Shown here: positions 38,404-48,716 of the stretch, piece by piece
Layout: every line of letters starts with the position of its first letter
Position numbering within the stretch: position 1 is the first letter of the stretch
NCBI GenBank assembly: GCA_963663865.1
Contig: OY760686.1
Location: 3,092,401-3,156,400, forward strand
Reading direction: 5' to 3'
Length of the DNA: 64,000 nt
From: Spirochaetota bacterium
Lineage (GTDB): Bacteria; Spirochaetota; UBA4802; UBA5550
Notes under the pieces: generated by a model
What the model saw: the letters and a program-made list of their open reading frames with translations, nothing else
What the model was told of the DNA's origin: nothing
The model's database searches: none
Translations under genes and position numbers: made by a program

Positions 38404-39503
38404 AGCCAGTCCTCCAAATATATTTCATCGGATTTGATCAGTTTTAACGCTGAACAAACCTCTTCTTCCAGATTTACGTCCTCAGCAAGCCTTCTATCAA
38501 CTGCAGCATAGAGGTCTCTTTCAATACAGTCCCGGCTGCCTGTTTCAGCAAGAAGAGCTCCAATCATCGGGATAGTCCTGTCTTCAAGCCTGAAGCCGCG
38601 GCAGAACTCCCCGATTTTTTTAAAAGTTTCTTCGCTTATCGGAAACTGCCTCACGCCTTCCAATATCACTGTGATTAAATCTTTTTCCGAGGATGAAGCC
38701 GCAAGTGACTCAATGATCTCCGTCGCGTTAAAAAGCCCGCTGCAGTTAAAAACCTCCTCCCTCAGCCTGACGCTGTTTACCGGCAGCCTCTTGAGCGCGG
38801 TCACTCCGCGCTCAGCGTTTATACAAAACGATACGACATATCTGTCGCCTCTTTCATCAGGCTTAACCGCCTCAGGACTCCCGGGATATACAGCCACTAT
38901 TGAGTCAAACACCTTGAACATTTTAAAACTGTGATTCGACCCGAGGGCGTAAAATTCCATATCTGAAAGTCTGAACCCTGCCCGGGTTCTCTCCCTCTGG
39001 AAGTCGAAATTAAACAAACCCAGATGAAACCCGTCTGCCCCATTATCCCTCGGGGCGCACGCCGGGTTGTACTCGTCTGCCGAAGGAACGCCGTAAATAT
39101 TCAGAATCTGCCCCTGCTTCTCAAATCTGAACGGCCTTGGACAGACAGAATTTGCAAAGACGCATCCAGCGTTAAGGCTGTAAACAAAGGGTGCCGGCCG
39201 GCCGTCCGCCCCCTTCTCTCTTTTTCCCGGACAGTACGCGACAAGGACACCTTCTCCTGCAAGTTTTCCGAAAGCGGCCCTTACCTCATCCTGCAGAGAA
39301 CCGGCCGGGTCAGCGCTGTCAAACAGATCTCCAGCAAGGAGTAACACGTCATATTCTTCAGCAAGATGAGCGATGCGTTGAAAGGTTTCCATTCTCACTT
39401 CAGCGCTTATACCCGTCTGAGTGCAGTCAAGCCCCAGATGAAGGTCTGACGCAAGCATAATCCTGATATCTTCGGACTGTCCGTTCAATACGGGAACCTC
39501 CAT
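38382..39503 (-). CDS. Mre11/SbcD/YhaO-like metallophosphoesterase with degenerate motifs III-V
   Basis: SDLHLG, AGDLFD and YPGSPE present; GNHD replaced by GKRE and GHIH by GSNH; start estimated at ATG 39503. Confidence 0.8.
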   Translation of the reverse strand: MEVPVLNGQSEDIRIMLASDLHLGLDCTQTGISAEVRMETFQRIAHLAEEYDVLLLAGDLFDSADPAGSLQDEVRAAFGKLAGEGVLVAYCPGKREKGADGRPAPFVYSLNAGCVFANSVCPRPFRFEKQGQILNIYGVPSADEYNPACAPRDNGADGFHLGLFNFDFQRERTRAGFRLSDMEFYALGSNHSFKMFKVFDSIVAVYPGSPEAVKPDERGDRYVVSFCINAERGVTALKRLPVNSVRLREEVFNCSGLFNATEIIESLAASSSEKDLITVILEGVRQFPISEETFKKIGEFCRGFRLEDRTIPMIGALLAETGSRDCIERDLYAAVDRRLAEDVNLEEEVCSALKLIKSDEIYLEDWLCGTADA

Positions 39504-39626
39504 ATATATATTTATATTAACAGGGGCATTCACAGCTCCGGCAATATTTTTATTGACAAATACCCCTGAAAACAGGCCTCTACTCAAAGAGCAGATAATA
39601 CACACAAAAACCGAGATATTAACAAC

Positions 39627-40652
39627 ATGGAACAAAATAGCAGAAACAAAAATAGATATCAATTCAAATACTTTAATACAGCCGGCAGAATAGCACTTAT
39701 TTTTTTAGCCGGCTTCTCTCTTTACCTTTTCATATCAACCGCAATGATAATATTCCTGACCAGACCCGCGAAGGAAGTGAAAATACCTGATATAATCGGA
39801 GAACAGTTCACTGATATTTACAACAGCCTCCAGAGAAAAGGGCTTAAAGCCGATGTCAGCTTTTCAGATGTACATGATATTGACAACGGAATAATTCTCA
39901 ATCAAAATCCGCAGGCCGGCAAAATAGTTCCAGAAGGCTCATCAATAAATCTGCTCGTCAGCAGAAGCTCTTTCCGGATTGACGTGCCCAACCTGGTCGG
40001 CGCTGAACTGCCGGTTGCTGTCAACAGGCTTCAGAACCTTCACTATCACGACAAGAGCATATCAATCTGTACGGGCGCCGTTTCGTATATACCCAGCGAT
40101 AAAAGCGCTGAAAATATCGTAATTGCTCAAAGTCCGGCTGCTGGAGAGAAAATAACGCCGGACAGAAAGGTAAACCTTCTTGTTTCAGCCGGCAAAACAG
40201 GTAACGATATGACCATGCCGGAAGTAACAGGCCAGTCGATTCACCTGTGTTACAATTTGCTCGCGGCAAAGGGCGTTTCAGTGCTTCAGGAAATAGTTCC
40301 CGTCTACAACATCGCCCAAAGCGGACAGGTTGCCTACCAGAAACCCGCTGCGGGAGCCCGGCTTACTGAAGGATACAATGTTGTCCTGGGAGTCAGCCTT
40401 TACGCATTAAAGGGGCACCCCTATACCGCTTATGAGAACTTCACATTTACACTGCCGGCCAATTCAGGCGAAGGAACATATCAGGTTGTCGTTGAAGACA
40501 ACAGTTCGACAAGGACTATTTATTCCGCAAAGTTGACGTCAGGCGGCAAAATATCTGCTGTGTTCAAAAGGACAGGCAACGCAAAAATCACAGTAATGAA
40601 AGACAAAAAGAGCATACAGGTAATCGGAATCAATGTTGATGAATACAAATAA
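39627..40652 (+). CDS. Membrane PASTA-domain protein
   Basis: TM followed by three PASTA repeats (IPDIIG, VPNLVG, MPEVTG; QNPQAG, QSPAAG, QKPAAG); precedes rpe. Confidence 0.88.
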   Translation: MEQNSRNKNRYQFKYFNTAGRIALIFLAGFSLYLFISTAMIIFLTRPAKEVKIPDIIGEQFTDIYNSLQRKGLKADVSFSDVHDIDNGIILNQNPQAGKIVPEGSSINLLVSRSSFRIDVPNLVGAELPVAVNRLQNLHYHDKSISICTGAVSYIPSDKSAENIVIAQSPAAGEKITPDRKVNLLVSAGKTGNDMTMPEVTGQSIHLCYNLLAAKGVSVLQEIVPVYNIAQSGQVAYQKPAAGARLTEGYNVVLGVSLYALKGHPYTAYENFTFTLPANSGEGTYQVVVEDNSSTRTIYSAKLTSGGKISAVFKRTGNAKITVMKDKKSIQVIGINVDEYK

Positions 40653-41316
40653 ACAGAATCCAGTAAAGATATCTCCTTCCATAATCGCGTCTGATCTAAC
40701 CGTAATGGGAGAAACAGTCCGAAGCATGGATCCGGGAATAATTGACCTGCTTCACATGGATGTCATGGATGGAGTTTTTGTTCCGAACCTGACTTTCGGT
40801 CCGTCATATATCCATTCGCTTTCCGGTAAAACATCTATTCCTCTGGATGTGCATCTTATGATAGAAAAGCCCGAAAACAGCATTGATGAATATATCGCCC
40901 TCAGCCCCTGGTGCATAACGATACACTACGAAAGCACGAGATTTCCGGCCAGAATTATGCAGAAAGTACGCGAAAATGGTATAAAGAGCGCTGTATCAAT
41001 CAACCCGGCTACCCCTGTAGAAGCTATTTTTGATATCATTCCATTTGCAGACATGGTCCTCATAATGTCAGTCGATCCTGGGTTTTATGGACAGAAGTTC
41101 ATGCTTCCGGCTCTTAAGCGTATCAAAACCCTTAAAGCTCACATCGCGGCCAACAAACCGGAAACACTCATCCAGGTAGACGGCGGTATAAACCTTGATA
41201 ATATCAAAAAAGTAACAGAAGCCGGCGCTGATATAGTTGTTGCCGGTGGTTCAGCCTTTTCCGGCGGTGATGTAAATACTAACGTCAGGGCCCTCAAGGA
41301 AGCAGCGCAATCTTAA
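40633..41316 (+). CDS. rpe: Ribulose-phosphate 3-epimerase
   Basis: [38 protein letters not shown]. Confidence 0.96.
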   Translation: MLMNTNKQNPVKISPSIIASDLTVMGETVRSMDPGIIDLLHMDVMDGVFVPNLTFGPSYIHSLSGKTSIPLDVHLMIEKPENSIDEYIALSPWCITIHYESTRFPARIMQKVRENGIKSAVSINPATPVEAIFDIIPFADMVLIMSVDPGFYGQKFMLPALKRIKTLKAHIAANKPETLIQVDGGINLDNIKKVTEAGADIVVAGGSAFSGGDVNTNVRALKEAAQS

Positions 41317-41401
41317 TAATTTGAGCAACACTCACATTAATGTTGACAAAATAAACACCTTAAAAATACTTTACTCCCTAAATATACTTGGAGGTACAGA
41401 C

Positions 41402-41665
41402 GTGGCGGTTAAAATACGCTTGCAGCGATTTGGAACAAAGAAAAGACCGTTCTACCGCGTAGTTGCAGTAGACAGCAGACAGAAGCGGGACGGCGGAGTA
41501 ATAGAGTACATCGGAAAGTATCAGCCGATTGTCAGCGGACAGCAGTTTGATATAGATGAAGAAAAAGTGCTGAAATGGCTCGGCGTCGGAGCTCAGCCAA
41601 CAGATACAATGCTCGACCTTCTGAAAAAAAACGGGATCTGGAAAAAGCACACGGCTTCTAACTAA
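41402..41665 (+). CDS. rpsP: 30S ribosomal protein S16
   Basis: GTG start after GGAGG; [25 protein letters not shown]. Confidence 0.96.
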   Translation: MAVKIRLQRFGTKKRPFYRVVAVDSRQKRDGGVIEYIGKYQPIVSGQQFDIDEEKVLKWLGVGAQPTDTMLDLLKKNGIWKKHTASN

Positions 41666-41682
41666 TCTATCAGGGGGCGGTA

Positions 41683-41919
41683 ATGGACTGCAAAGAGCTT
41701 GTTTTATTCATGGTTAAGTCTCTTGTTGACAACCCGGATCAGGTTGAAATTAATGAAATAGAGGGCGAAAAGTCCACTATTCTTGAATTGAAAGTCACCC
41801 GGGAAGATATAGGAAAGGTTATTGGAAAGCACGGGCGGATTGCCAGAGCAATTAGAACGATAATTAATGCCTCGGCCACTAAAACAGGTAAAAGGGTAGT
41901 TTTGGAAATCCTGGATTGA
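41683..41919 (+). CDS. khpA: KH-domain RNA-binding protein KhpA
   Basis: DIGKVIGKHGRIARAIRT; lies between rpsP and rimM. Confidence 0.93.
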   Translation: MDCKELVLFMVKSLVDNPDQVEINEIEGEKSTILELKVTREDIGKVIGKHGRIARAIRTIINASATKTGKRVVLEILD

Positions 41920-42449
41920 ACGGTAATAACGAATATCTCAGAATAGCGAGAATCACAGGCGCCCATTCCCTGAAGGGTGCACTTAAGATTCAGTTACATA
42001 CTGACAATCCGGAAAGATTCAGTCCTGGTGAAGTTATTTTTCTTGAAATAGGCGGCAGCTTTACCAGGTATCAGATTGAGGGTTTCAACCTTAATCCCGG
42101 CAGCAATTCAATTTTGAAGCTTGAAGGATTGAATAACCGGACAGATGCCGAACAGCTGAAGGGAATTGAGATTTTTATCACCAGAGAGCAGGCTGAAGCG
42201 ACAAGAAACCTGCTGGGTGATGATTCATTCTACTATTACGACCTCATTGATTGCGAGGTCATGATCAACGGAAAGCTTTTCGGCAGGGTACTCGACCTGA
42301 TGGAAGCTGGATCCGGACAGATACTGATTGTCAAGGGTATTCAGGGAAGACGCTTTATGATTCCCTTTGTTAAAGAGATTGTAAATACAGACCTGATTAA
42401 CAGCAGGAGGCTGATTGTAACACCTCCAGAGGGACTGCTTGAAGTTTAA
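41916..42449 (+). CDS. rimM: Ribosome maturation factor RimM
   Basis: HSLKG, NRTDAEQLKG, FYYYDLIDCEV, MIPFV; operon context. Confidence 0.93.
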   Translation: MNGNNEYLRIARITGAHSLKGALKIQLHTDNPERFSPGEVIFLEIGGSFTRYQIEGFNLNPGSNSILKLEGLNNRTDAEQLKGIEIFITREQAEATRNLLGDDSFYYYDLIDCEVMINGKLFGRVLDLMEAGSGQILIVKGIQGRRFMIPFVKEIVNTDLINSRRLIVTPPEGLLEV

Positions 42450-43134
42450 CATTTTGACCCTGTTCCCGGATTTTTTTGATTCGCCGTTAAAGTCCAGTCT
42501 TATCGGGAAGGCGGCAGAGTCCGGCATAATTGAGTTCAATATTGTTGATATCCGAAACTATTCGGAAGATAAACACCGCAGATGTGATGATTATCCCTAC
42601 GGGGGCGGTTGCGGAATGGTAATGACACCCGGGCCTGTATTCGGTGCAATGGAAGCGCTGAGTGGGCCTTCGAGGGTGATACTGGCTTCAGCAAGCGGGA
42701 AGCCTTTGAACCAGTCTCTTGTAAGAGAGCTCTGTACAGAAGAGGCGATCACGGTTATATGCGGGCATTACGAGGGTATTGATCAGCGTGTAATCGAAAA
42801 ATATGTGGACGACGAGATATCCATAGGCGATTATGTACTGTCGGGCGGTGAATATGCTGCTCTTGTAATAGCGGATTCTGTGAGCAGGTTTGTACCGGGA
42901 TTTATGTCCAACACCGCCTCTCTCGAAGATGAAAGCTATGAGAATGGCCTTCTCGAGTACCCGCAGTACACAAGGCCGGAGGAAATTAACGGCCTCAAAG
43001 TGCCCGAAGTGCTGCTTAGCGGGCATCACGAGAAGATTGAGAAGTGGCGAAGCACTAAGAGACTTGATAAAACAAGGGATGTTAGGCCCGATTTATATAA
43101 AAATTTCATACTGAAACAAATAACAGGAGATTAA
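42439..43134 (+). CDS. trmD: tRNA (guanine-N1)-methyltransferase
   Basis: [45 protein letters not shown]. Confidence 0.97.
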   Translation: MKFNILTLFPDFFDSPLKSSLIGKAAESGIIEFNIVDIRNYSEDKHRRCDDYPYGGGCGMVMTPGPVFGAMEALSGPSRVILASASGKPLNQSLVRELCTEEAITVICGHYEGIDQRVIEKYVDDEISIGDYVLSGGEYAALVIADSVSRFVPGFMSNTASLEDESYENGLLEYPQYTRPEEINGLKVPEVLLSGHHEKIEKWRSTKRLDKTRDVRPDLYKNFILKQITGD

Positions 43135-43139
43135 AGAAA

Positions 43140-43565
43140 ATGGACATCATCCAGGCAATAGAAAAGGAACTGACCATCAATGACAGGCAGGTAAATTTTG
43201 AAATTGGCGATACCGTTAAGGTTCACTACAAAATCATTGAGGGAAACCGTGAGCGTATTCAGATATTCGAAGGAATAGTAATAGCTATTGATGGGAAAGG
43301 AACAAACAAGACCTTTACCGTCAGAAAGATTTCCTTTGATGTAGGTGTTGAAAGAATTTTCCCGCTCAATTCCACCAAGATTGCCGATCTTGAAGTTGTC
43401 CGAAAAGGCAAAGTCAGGCGAGCTAAGCTTTATTTCCTCCGTGAAAGAACCGGTAAATCTGCCAAGCTCAAGGAAAGAAGAATGGCTTCTCCGGCGAAAA
43501 AAAGCGTCGAGAAAGCTGAGCCTGTACAATCTGAAGCGGCTGAGGCTTCAACGGATCAGGCATAA
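43140..43565 (+). CDS. rplS: 50S ribosomal protein L19
   Basis: [39 protein letters not shown]. Confidence 0.97.
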   Translation: MDIIQAIEKELTINDRQVNFEIGDTVKVHYKIIEGNRERIQIFEGIVIAIDGKGTNKTFTVRKISFDVGVERIFPLNSTKIADLEVVRKGKVRRAKLYFLRERTGKSAKLKERRMASPAKKSVEKAEPVQSEAAEASTDQA

Positions 43566-43572
43566 TTAACGG

Positions 43573-44268
43573 GTGATGTCTTCATCATCGAGTCTACTAA
43601 AAAAGGCGGTAACCGAAGGTTCCGCCTTTTCTCTTATTCCTGATTTCTCTATTGAGTTAGAACTCGCTAATGCCGGATATTCGCGGATTGCGGGCATAGA
43701 CGAAGCAGGCAGAGGGGCGCTTGCCGGCCCTCTCGCGGTAGGAATATGCATGTTCCCGGCAGAAATGTTTATATCCCCCCCCCATGAATTAAATCAGGTA
43801 GACGACTCAAAAAAGCTTACTCCAACGCAGAGAGAGTTTTGTTTCAAAACTGTCGCTAATATGGCTGAATACTACAGGACTGAATTCATTTGCCATGGAG
43901 AGGTTGACCGCTTTAATGTTAACGGCGCTACAGGTGAAGCGATCAGGCGTATAGTTGATTCGATGAAGATTAAACCCGACATTTTGTTAATTGACGGAAA
44001 TATGAAATTTGACCTGCCCGTCCATTCTATCTCTATTAAGTCAGGAGATAAAAAATCACTGTCTATTGCAGCCGCTTCGATTGCCGCAAAATTCCAGAGA
44101 GATCTGACAATGGAAAGGCTTGATACACTTTTCCCATGCTATGGATTTTCAAAACACAAGGGTTACGGAACCTCCAGTCATTTCAAAGCGATTTGCGAAA
44201 TGGGCGCTTCGGCGATTCACCGCAGGTCATATGAACCAATAAAAAGCATGAATACGCGGGGTGAATAG
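43573..44268 (+). CDS. rnhB: Ribonuclease HII
   Basis: GIDEAGRGALAGP, DDSKKL, LIDG, GDKKSLSIAAASIAAK, KHKGYGT, HRRSY. Confidence 0.95.
   Translation: MMSSSSSLLKKAVTEGSAFSLIPDFSIELELANAGYSRIAGIDEAGRGALAGPLAVGICMFPAEMFISPPHELNQVDDSKKLTPTQREFCFKTVANMAEYYRTEFICHGEVDRFNVNGATGEAIRRIVDSMKIKPDILLIDGNMKFDLPVHSISIKSGDKKSLSIAAASIAAKFQRDLTMERLDTLFPCYGFSKHKGYGTSSHFKAICEMGASAIHRRSYEPIKSMNTRGE
43601..43630 (+). terminator. Intrinsic terminator after rplS (lies inside the 5' end of the rnhB ORF)
   Basis: AAAAGGCGG-tAACC-gaa-GGTT-CCGCCTTTT. Confidence 0.65.
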
Positions 44269-44274
44269 TCTGCA

Positions 44275-45273
44275 ATGGATTTAACCGGGCGAATCAGCGC
44301 TTCTTCCAGTGACATAACTTTCAGCCGCCTTAACACAGGTGACATTCTGAGTGCAAAAATTATCGCCAGGAATTCGTCCACTGACGTTACTCTTGAGATC
44401 GGAGGTCAGCGCATAAGGGCAAACTTTCCGGAAGGCGTGCCGTCAGGAAACAGCTTAACACTGATACTAAAGGAAAAAACTTCCGGCTATTACCATTTCG
44501 GCGTTTACAGGCAAAACATATCTTCAGCTTTCTCAGAAGCATTTGGGATTAATGGCGGGAACCCACTTTTTTCAGCGCCCTACTCCTCAATCCAGCAGCT
44601 TGCACAATACGTTTCCAGTGGAGCAATATCACCCTTTTATGTTTTTTCAATTCTTTCGGGTAAGAAACCAAACCACTCGGCCTGCAGAGAGATTGCTAAA
44701 CTGTTAAATGTCCTGCTTAATGCCGGTTTTCCGTCTAAAAGCCTGGCACCACTTGCCGGAGCTGTCAATACCCGGACATTGACAGCTTTAAAAAACCGGA
44801 CCGGTTTCCCCGATTTTTCTCATTCGGTGACTGATAATATCTTCGATATCGATGATATTATCAGTGATATCGAGTCCATTGAGAGCGAGAAGCACAGAAA
44901 ACGTCTTATTTCCCTTTTTCTTCAACTTACACAAGAAAACAGCGAAGATGCCCTGTTGATCCGGAACGCCGATGAGTTTATCCCGGTCAAACTGTTGAGT
45001 AACAATGCTGAGTCCATATTACTGTCTGTCGAGTTCAGCGCTATTGGAGAAATAGACATACTTGCGGTCAAAACCTCGACAGGTATTTCCGCATCAATTA
45101 TTTGCGACTGCGGAGAAGATATACTTTCAGATCTAAAAAAAATTGCTGTTGCTTTTCCTTTTAAGAATTGCAAAATAGACACTAAAATAGTTAATAGACA
45201 GCTATTTAAGGATAAATTGATTGAAATTATTTCTGATATAAGAACAAATAGCCTTGTTAACATAAAGGTCTGA
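44275..45273 (+). CDS. Hypothetical protein, possibly FliK-like (usual position before the FlhB-domain gene)
   Basis: N-terminal LNTGDILSAKII...LEIGGQRIRA beta domain; C-terminal LVNIKV; gene context. Confidence 0.5.
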   Translation: MDLTGRISASSSDITFSRLNTGDILSAKIIARNSSTDVTLEIGGQRIRANFPEGVPSGNSLTLILKEKTSGYYHFGVYRQNISSAFSEAFGINGGNPLFSAPYSSIQQLAQYVSSGAISPFYVFSILSGKKPNHSACREIAKLLNVLLNAGFPSKSLAPLAGAVNTRTLTALKNRTGFPDFSHSVTDNIFDIDDIISDIESIESEKHRKRLISLFLQLTQENSEDALLIRNADEFIPVKLLSNNAESILLSVEFSAIGEIDILAVKTSTGISASIICDCGEDILSDLKKIAVAFPFKNCKIDTKIVNRQLFKDKLIEIISDIRTNSLVNIKV

Positions 45274-45289
45274 TAGCGGAGATTATTTC

Positions 45290-45571
45290 TTGAAAACAGG
45301 TTTTGCCTTAACGTATGACGGGATCGTACCGCGGATAGCCGCATCAGCTGAGGGTGAGCTTGTTTCGCGCATGCTTGAGCTCGCTCGAACCCATGACATC
45401 CCTGTATTAGAAGATCCGGATCTGGCTGAGTCGCTTTCAGTGCTCAACACAGGCGAAAGCATTCCTGAGGAGCTTTATATAGCTGTATCAGAGATACTCG
45501 CACAGTGCTATCAGATAAACAAAAAATTCAGAGACAAAATGAACCTCATAGGACTGCATAATAATGCCTGA
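45290..45571 (+). CDS. FlhB C-terminal-like (EscU/YscU/HrcU family) protein
   Basis: ALTYD..PRIAAS, LARTHDIPVLEDPDLAESL, IPEELYIAVSEILA. Confidence 0.88.
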   Translation: MKTGFALTYDGIVPRIAASAEGELVSRMLELARTHDIPVLEDPDLAESLSVLNTGESIPEELYIAVSEILAQCYQINKKFRDKMNLIGLHNNA

Positions 45572-46727
45572 GTTTAGAAAAATTCCAGTTGAAGAGCTTA
45601 AACCCGGTATGATCTACGATCAGCCGCTTTATGTCGACAAAAGCAATGTTCTTGTCGCCGCCAACGTGGCTGTCCGCGAAAGCGATATAAAAAAGCTGAT
45701 GACCTGGGGTGTCTCTGAGATTGAGACAGAAGGTTCACTCATCACCAACACGTCAGGACAGTCATCATCTGACAGAGAAAGACGTATTATTCAGGATTAC
45801 AACGAATTAATCAAAAAACGCAAACAGCTTATAAGCGTCCATCTTAAGGCCAGAAAGGCGGTTGAGGATGCCCATAGTGCCATCAGAAAACAGTCGCGCA
45901 TCTCACTTACCGATATTGAGTCAGCCGTTGAAGATATTATTGCCCTTCTCAAGGAAAACAGCAACGTTTTCCTTTTTCTGTACGGCCTTGATGAAGGAAA
46001 GGATTATATCATTACACACTCGGTAAACGTAACCTTTTACTCCCTGATAATGGGAATCGCGCTTAAATACTCCGATTCCTCGCTAAAAACACTCGGGATT
46101 GGAACTATGCTTATTGATGCCGGCATGATAAAGATGCCGGTCTATATTACTCACAAGCAGTCCAATCTCTCAGAGCAGGAATACAAACAGATAAAAACAC
46201 ATCCTCTTCACGGCTACAAGTCCATAAGGGACCTCGGAGACATACCTGAAAAAGCAGCGGAGATATCTCTTCAGCACCATGAGCAATTTGACGGCAAGGG
46301 TTATCCCCGTGGCCTTAAGGGAAATGAAATAAGCGAATATGCTCGCATAGCCGCGATAGCAGACAGCTACGAAGCACAGATTTCCAAAAGAAGCTACCGA
46401 CAGAAGGTCTATTTTTACCAGGCTATGCGCAATCTCCTTTCAAGCGGAGTGAACAAGTTTGACCCGGTCATTCTAAGAATCTTCCTTTCATGCCTGTCTG
46501 TGTATCCTATCGGATCGCTTGTAGAGCTCAGTGATTCTACAATTGGAATAGTTATCGGTTCAGCTCCGGAGAAACCGCTTCGTCCAATTATTAAGCTGGT
46601 CTTTGACGCTCAGCGGGACAGGGTCTCCGGCACACTCATTGTCAACCTTATTGACAACACTTCACTCTATATCGTCCGTGCTCTTGACGAGACAGAAGCT
46701 GGAATAAACATCTTCGACGTACTTTAA
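45564..46727 (+). CDS. HD-GYP domain protein with a degenerate HD dyad
   Basis: HSVNV, MLIDAG in place of LLHDIG, HHEQFDGKGYP, IADSYEA. Confidence 0.85.
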   Translation: MPEFRKIPVEELKPGMIYDQPLYVDKSNVLVAANVAVRESDIKKLMTWGVSEIETEGSLITNTSGQSSSDRERRIIQDYNELIKKRKQLISVHLKARKAVEDAHSAIRKQSRISLTDIESAVEDIIALLKENSNVFLFLYGLDEGKDYIITHSVNVTFYSLIMGIALKYSDSSLKTLGIGTMLIDAGMIKMPVYITHKQSNLSEQEYKQIKTHPLHGYKSIRDLGDIPEKAAEISLQHHEQFDGKGYPRGLKGNEISEYARIAAIADSYEAQISKRSYRQKVYFYQAMRNLLSSGVNKFDPVILRIFLSCLSVYPIGSLVELSDSTIGIVIGSAPEKPLRPIIKLVFDAQRDRVSGTLIVNLIDNTSLYIVRALDETEAGINIFDVL

Positions 46728-46784
46728 TTTTAACCAGAATCAGCCCCCGTTCGTTTAACTTCTATACTTTTTTAGCGGGGGATA

Positions 46785-47153
46785 ATGGTGCGTAGCAATT
46801 CAAGAGCCGCAGGCGCCGCAGGCGAAAATGCCGCGGCAGATTTCCTTAGAACAGCCGGCTGCATAATTCTTGAGCAGAATTTCCGCAATGGGAAACACGG
46901 AGAGATTGATATTATTGCTTCACTGGGCAATCTGATTATCTTCGTAGAGGTAAAGTCAAGAAACAGCGGACACTACGGCGGCGCTCTCTATTCTATAGGA
47001 GCCGGCAAACGCCGCTCTCTGGTCAAAACCGCGACAGCCTATCTTGTCAACAAACGCCCGTCCCTGCCGCCCGATATTGTATTCAGATTTGATCTGATAT
47101 CAGTAAACGGCAACGAAATTCTTTGGATAGAAGATATTATCAGAAACAGGTAG
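46785..47153 (+). CDS. yraN: YraN family endonuclease
   Basis: GENAAADFL, GEIDIIA, FVEVKSR, RFDLI. Confidence 0.92.
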   Translation: MVRSNSRAAGAAGENAAADFLRTAGCIILEQNFRNGKHGEIDIIASLGNLIIFVEVKSRNSGHYGGALYSIGAGKRRSLVKTATAYLVNKRPSLPPDIVFRFDLISVNGNEILWIEDIIRNR

Positions 47154-47160
47154 GCGTTGT

Positions 47161-48543
47161 TTAATTATCGTCTGAGCTGTATTCACGAATAATTCGGGAA
47201 GCCTCTGAAATCAGAGTCTCATTTACATTTACAGACGGGTCGTCAAGAACAAGCTCCAGAAGTTCATGCAGAACTTTACCGATAACAGGGCCGGGCTTCA
47301 AGCCGAAAAGCTCCATGATTTCATTGCCATTGATATTAAGATCACGGACAGTTATTGCGTTTGCCTCATCTATGGCCCTTCCGATACGCTGTTGCAGCTT
47401 TAGAATAGGGAAAGGCATACCCTCTCTTGAGCCGTTTCCTTTCCTGTCAGCAAGCCTTAGTTGAAAAAGTTCGTCAAGATTCTCCACTCCGACTTTGCGC
47501 ATAAATCGCCTGACGGCGCCATCAGTCCATTCGTCAGTATAATGGAACATGTGATTAAACACGAGATTTACGACTTTTTCTACCTCGTCATTGGAATACT
47601 TAAGACACCTCATAATCTTCTTAACCATTTTGGCTCCTACAACCTCATGGTTATAGAAAGTTGCCTCACCGTCCGGGCCCTGTCTTCTTGTAGGGACCTT
47701 TCCTATATCGTGCAGAAGTGCAGCCAGCCTGATCAACGGATTGTCCTTTGGCGCTGCATCGCACGAATATACGCTGTGATGGTATATATCATATATATGA
47801 AAGCGGTTCTGTCCAACTTCATAAGCATGATATAGCTCCGGCAGGAATATCTCCATGAGTCCGGAACGCCTCATGTACTCAAGCCCTCTTGAGGGCTTTT
47901 CAGTCGTTAAAAGCTTATTAAGTTCATCACGTACACGCTCTGCTGAAACCCTTCGTGATACATCAAGGGCACCGGAGATAGCCTTGAAAGTCTCATCCTC
48001 AATTTTGAAATTAAGCTTTGAAGCAAACCTGCAGGCTCTGTAAGGCCTTAGGCCGTCTTCATTAAAGCGCTCAGCCGGATTTCCGATTGTCCTGATAATT
48101 CCGCTTCTCAGGTCATCCATCCCTCCGACATGGTCGATAATCTCCGATTTTAGAACATCATACGCGAGCCCATTAATGGTGAAATCTCTTCGTGAAACAT
48201 CGACCTCAAGAGAGTCCGAGAAAGAAACGGTATCAGGCCTTCTGCCGTCGGCATAATTCCCGTCCGACCTGTATGTTGTCACTTCGTATGAGCTTCCATC
48301 CTGGAGTATTGAAACCGTTCCGTGTTTAATGCCTGTCGGTGCAACACGCTTGAAAAGCCTTGTAATCTGCTCAGGCCTTGCGTTGGTTGCGAAATCGTAG
48401 TCGTAGCATTCGATTCCAAGCAGCAGATCCCTGACAGAGCCTCCGACAAGGTAACACTGAAATCCTGCACCACTGAAACGGTCCGCAATCGATACGACTG
48501 TATTTCTGATGGAGTCCGGTATATTTGAAATTATATCATTCAT
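47161..48543 (-). CDS. cca: tRNA nucleotidyltransferase (CCA-adding enzyme / poly(A) polymerase family) with HD domain
   Basis: LVGGSVRD, DYDFAT, RRDFTING, EDGLR, SAERVRDE, LLHDIGK. Confidence 0.9.
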   Translation of the reverse strand: MNDIISNIPDSIRNTVVSIADRFSGAGFQCYLVGGSVRDLLLGIECYDYDFATNARPEQITRLFKRVAPTGIKHGTVSILQDGSSYEVTTYRSDGNYADGRRPDTVSFSDSLEVDVSRRDFTINGLAYDVLKSEIIDHVGGMDDLRSGIIRTIGNPAERFNEDGLRPYRACRFASKLNFKIEDETFKAISGALDVSRRVSAERVRDELNKLLTTEKPSRGLEYMRRSGLMEIFLPELYHAYEVGQNRFHIYDIYHHSVYSCDAAPKDNPLIRLAALLHDIGKVPTRRQGPDGEATFYNHEVVGAKMVKKIMRCLKYSNDEVEKVVNLVFNHMFHYTDEWTDGAVRRFMRKVGVENLDELFQLRLADRKGNGSREGMPFPILKLQQRIGRAIDEANAITVRDLNINGNEIMELFGLKPGPVIGKVLHELLELVLDDPSVNVNETLISEASRIIREYSSDDN

Positions 48544-48716
48544 TTGTTCTGGTCCCTTAATGCCTTCTCCGAAGATTCAGCCTCATCGTGATTAGCAAGC
48601 GCTGTTATAAGAGTCTGCTGAGCAGAGGCTGCCGGAAAAGTCCTGAAGCGCGGTCATGTCCATACGGCATTTTCGTTTTTCAGATAATAGACTTTCCCCG
48701 AAGGAGCAGCCTGGCG

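Noticed and set aside
39504-39662. N-terminal extension of the Mre11-like ORF
   Set aside because: Runs through the divergent promoter region and into the PASTA gene; homology begins near IRIMLASDLHLG
41321-41401. N-terminal extension of rpsP
   Set aside because: GGAGG RBS and GTG at 41402 match the normal S16 start
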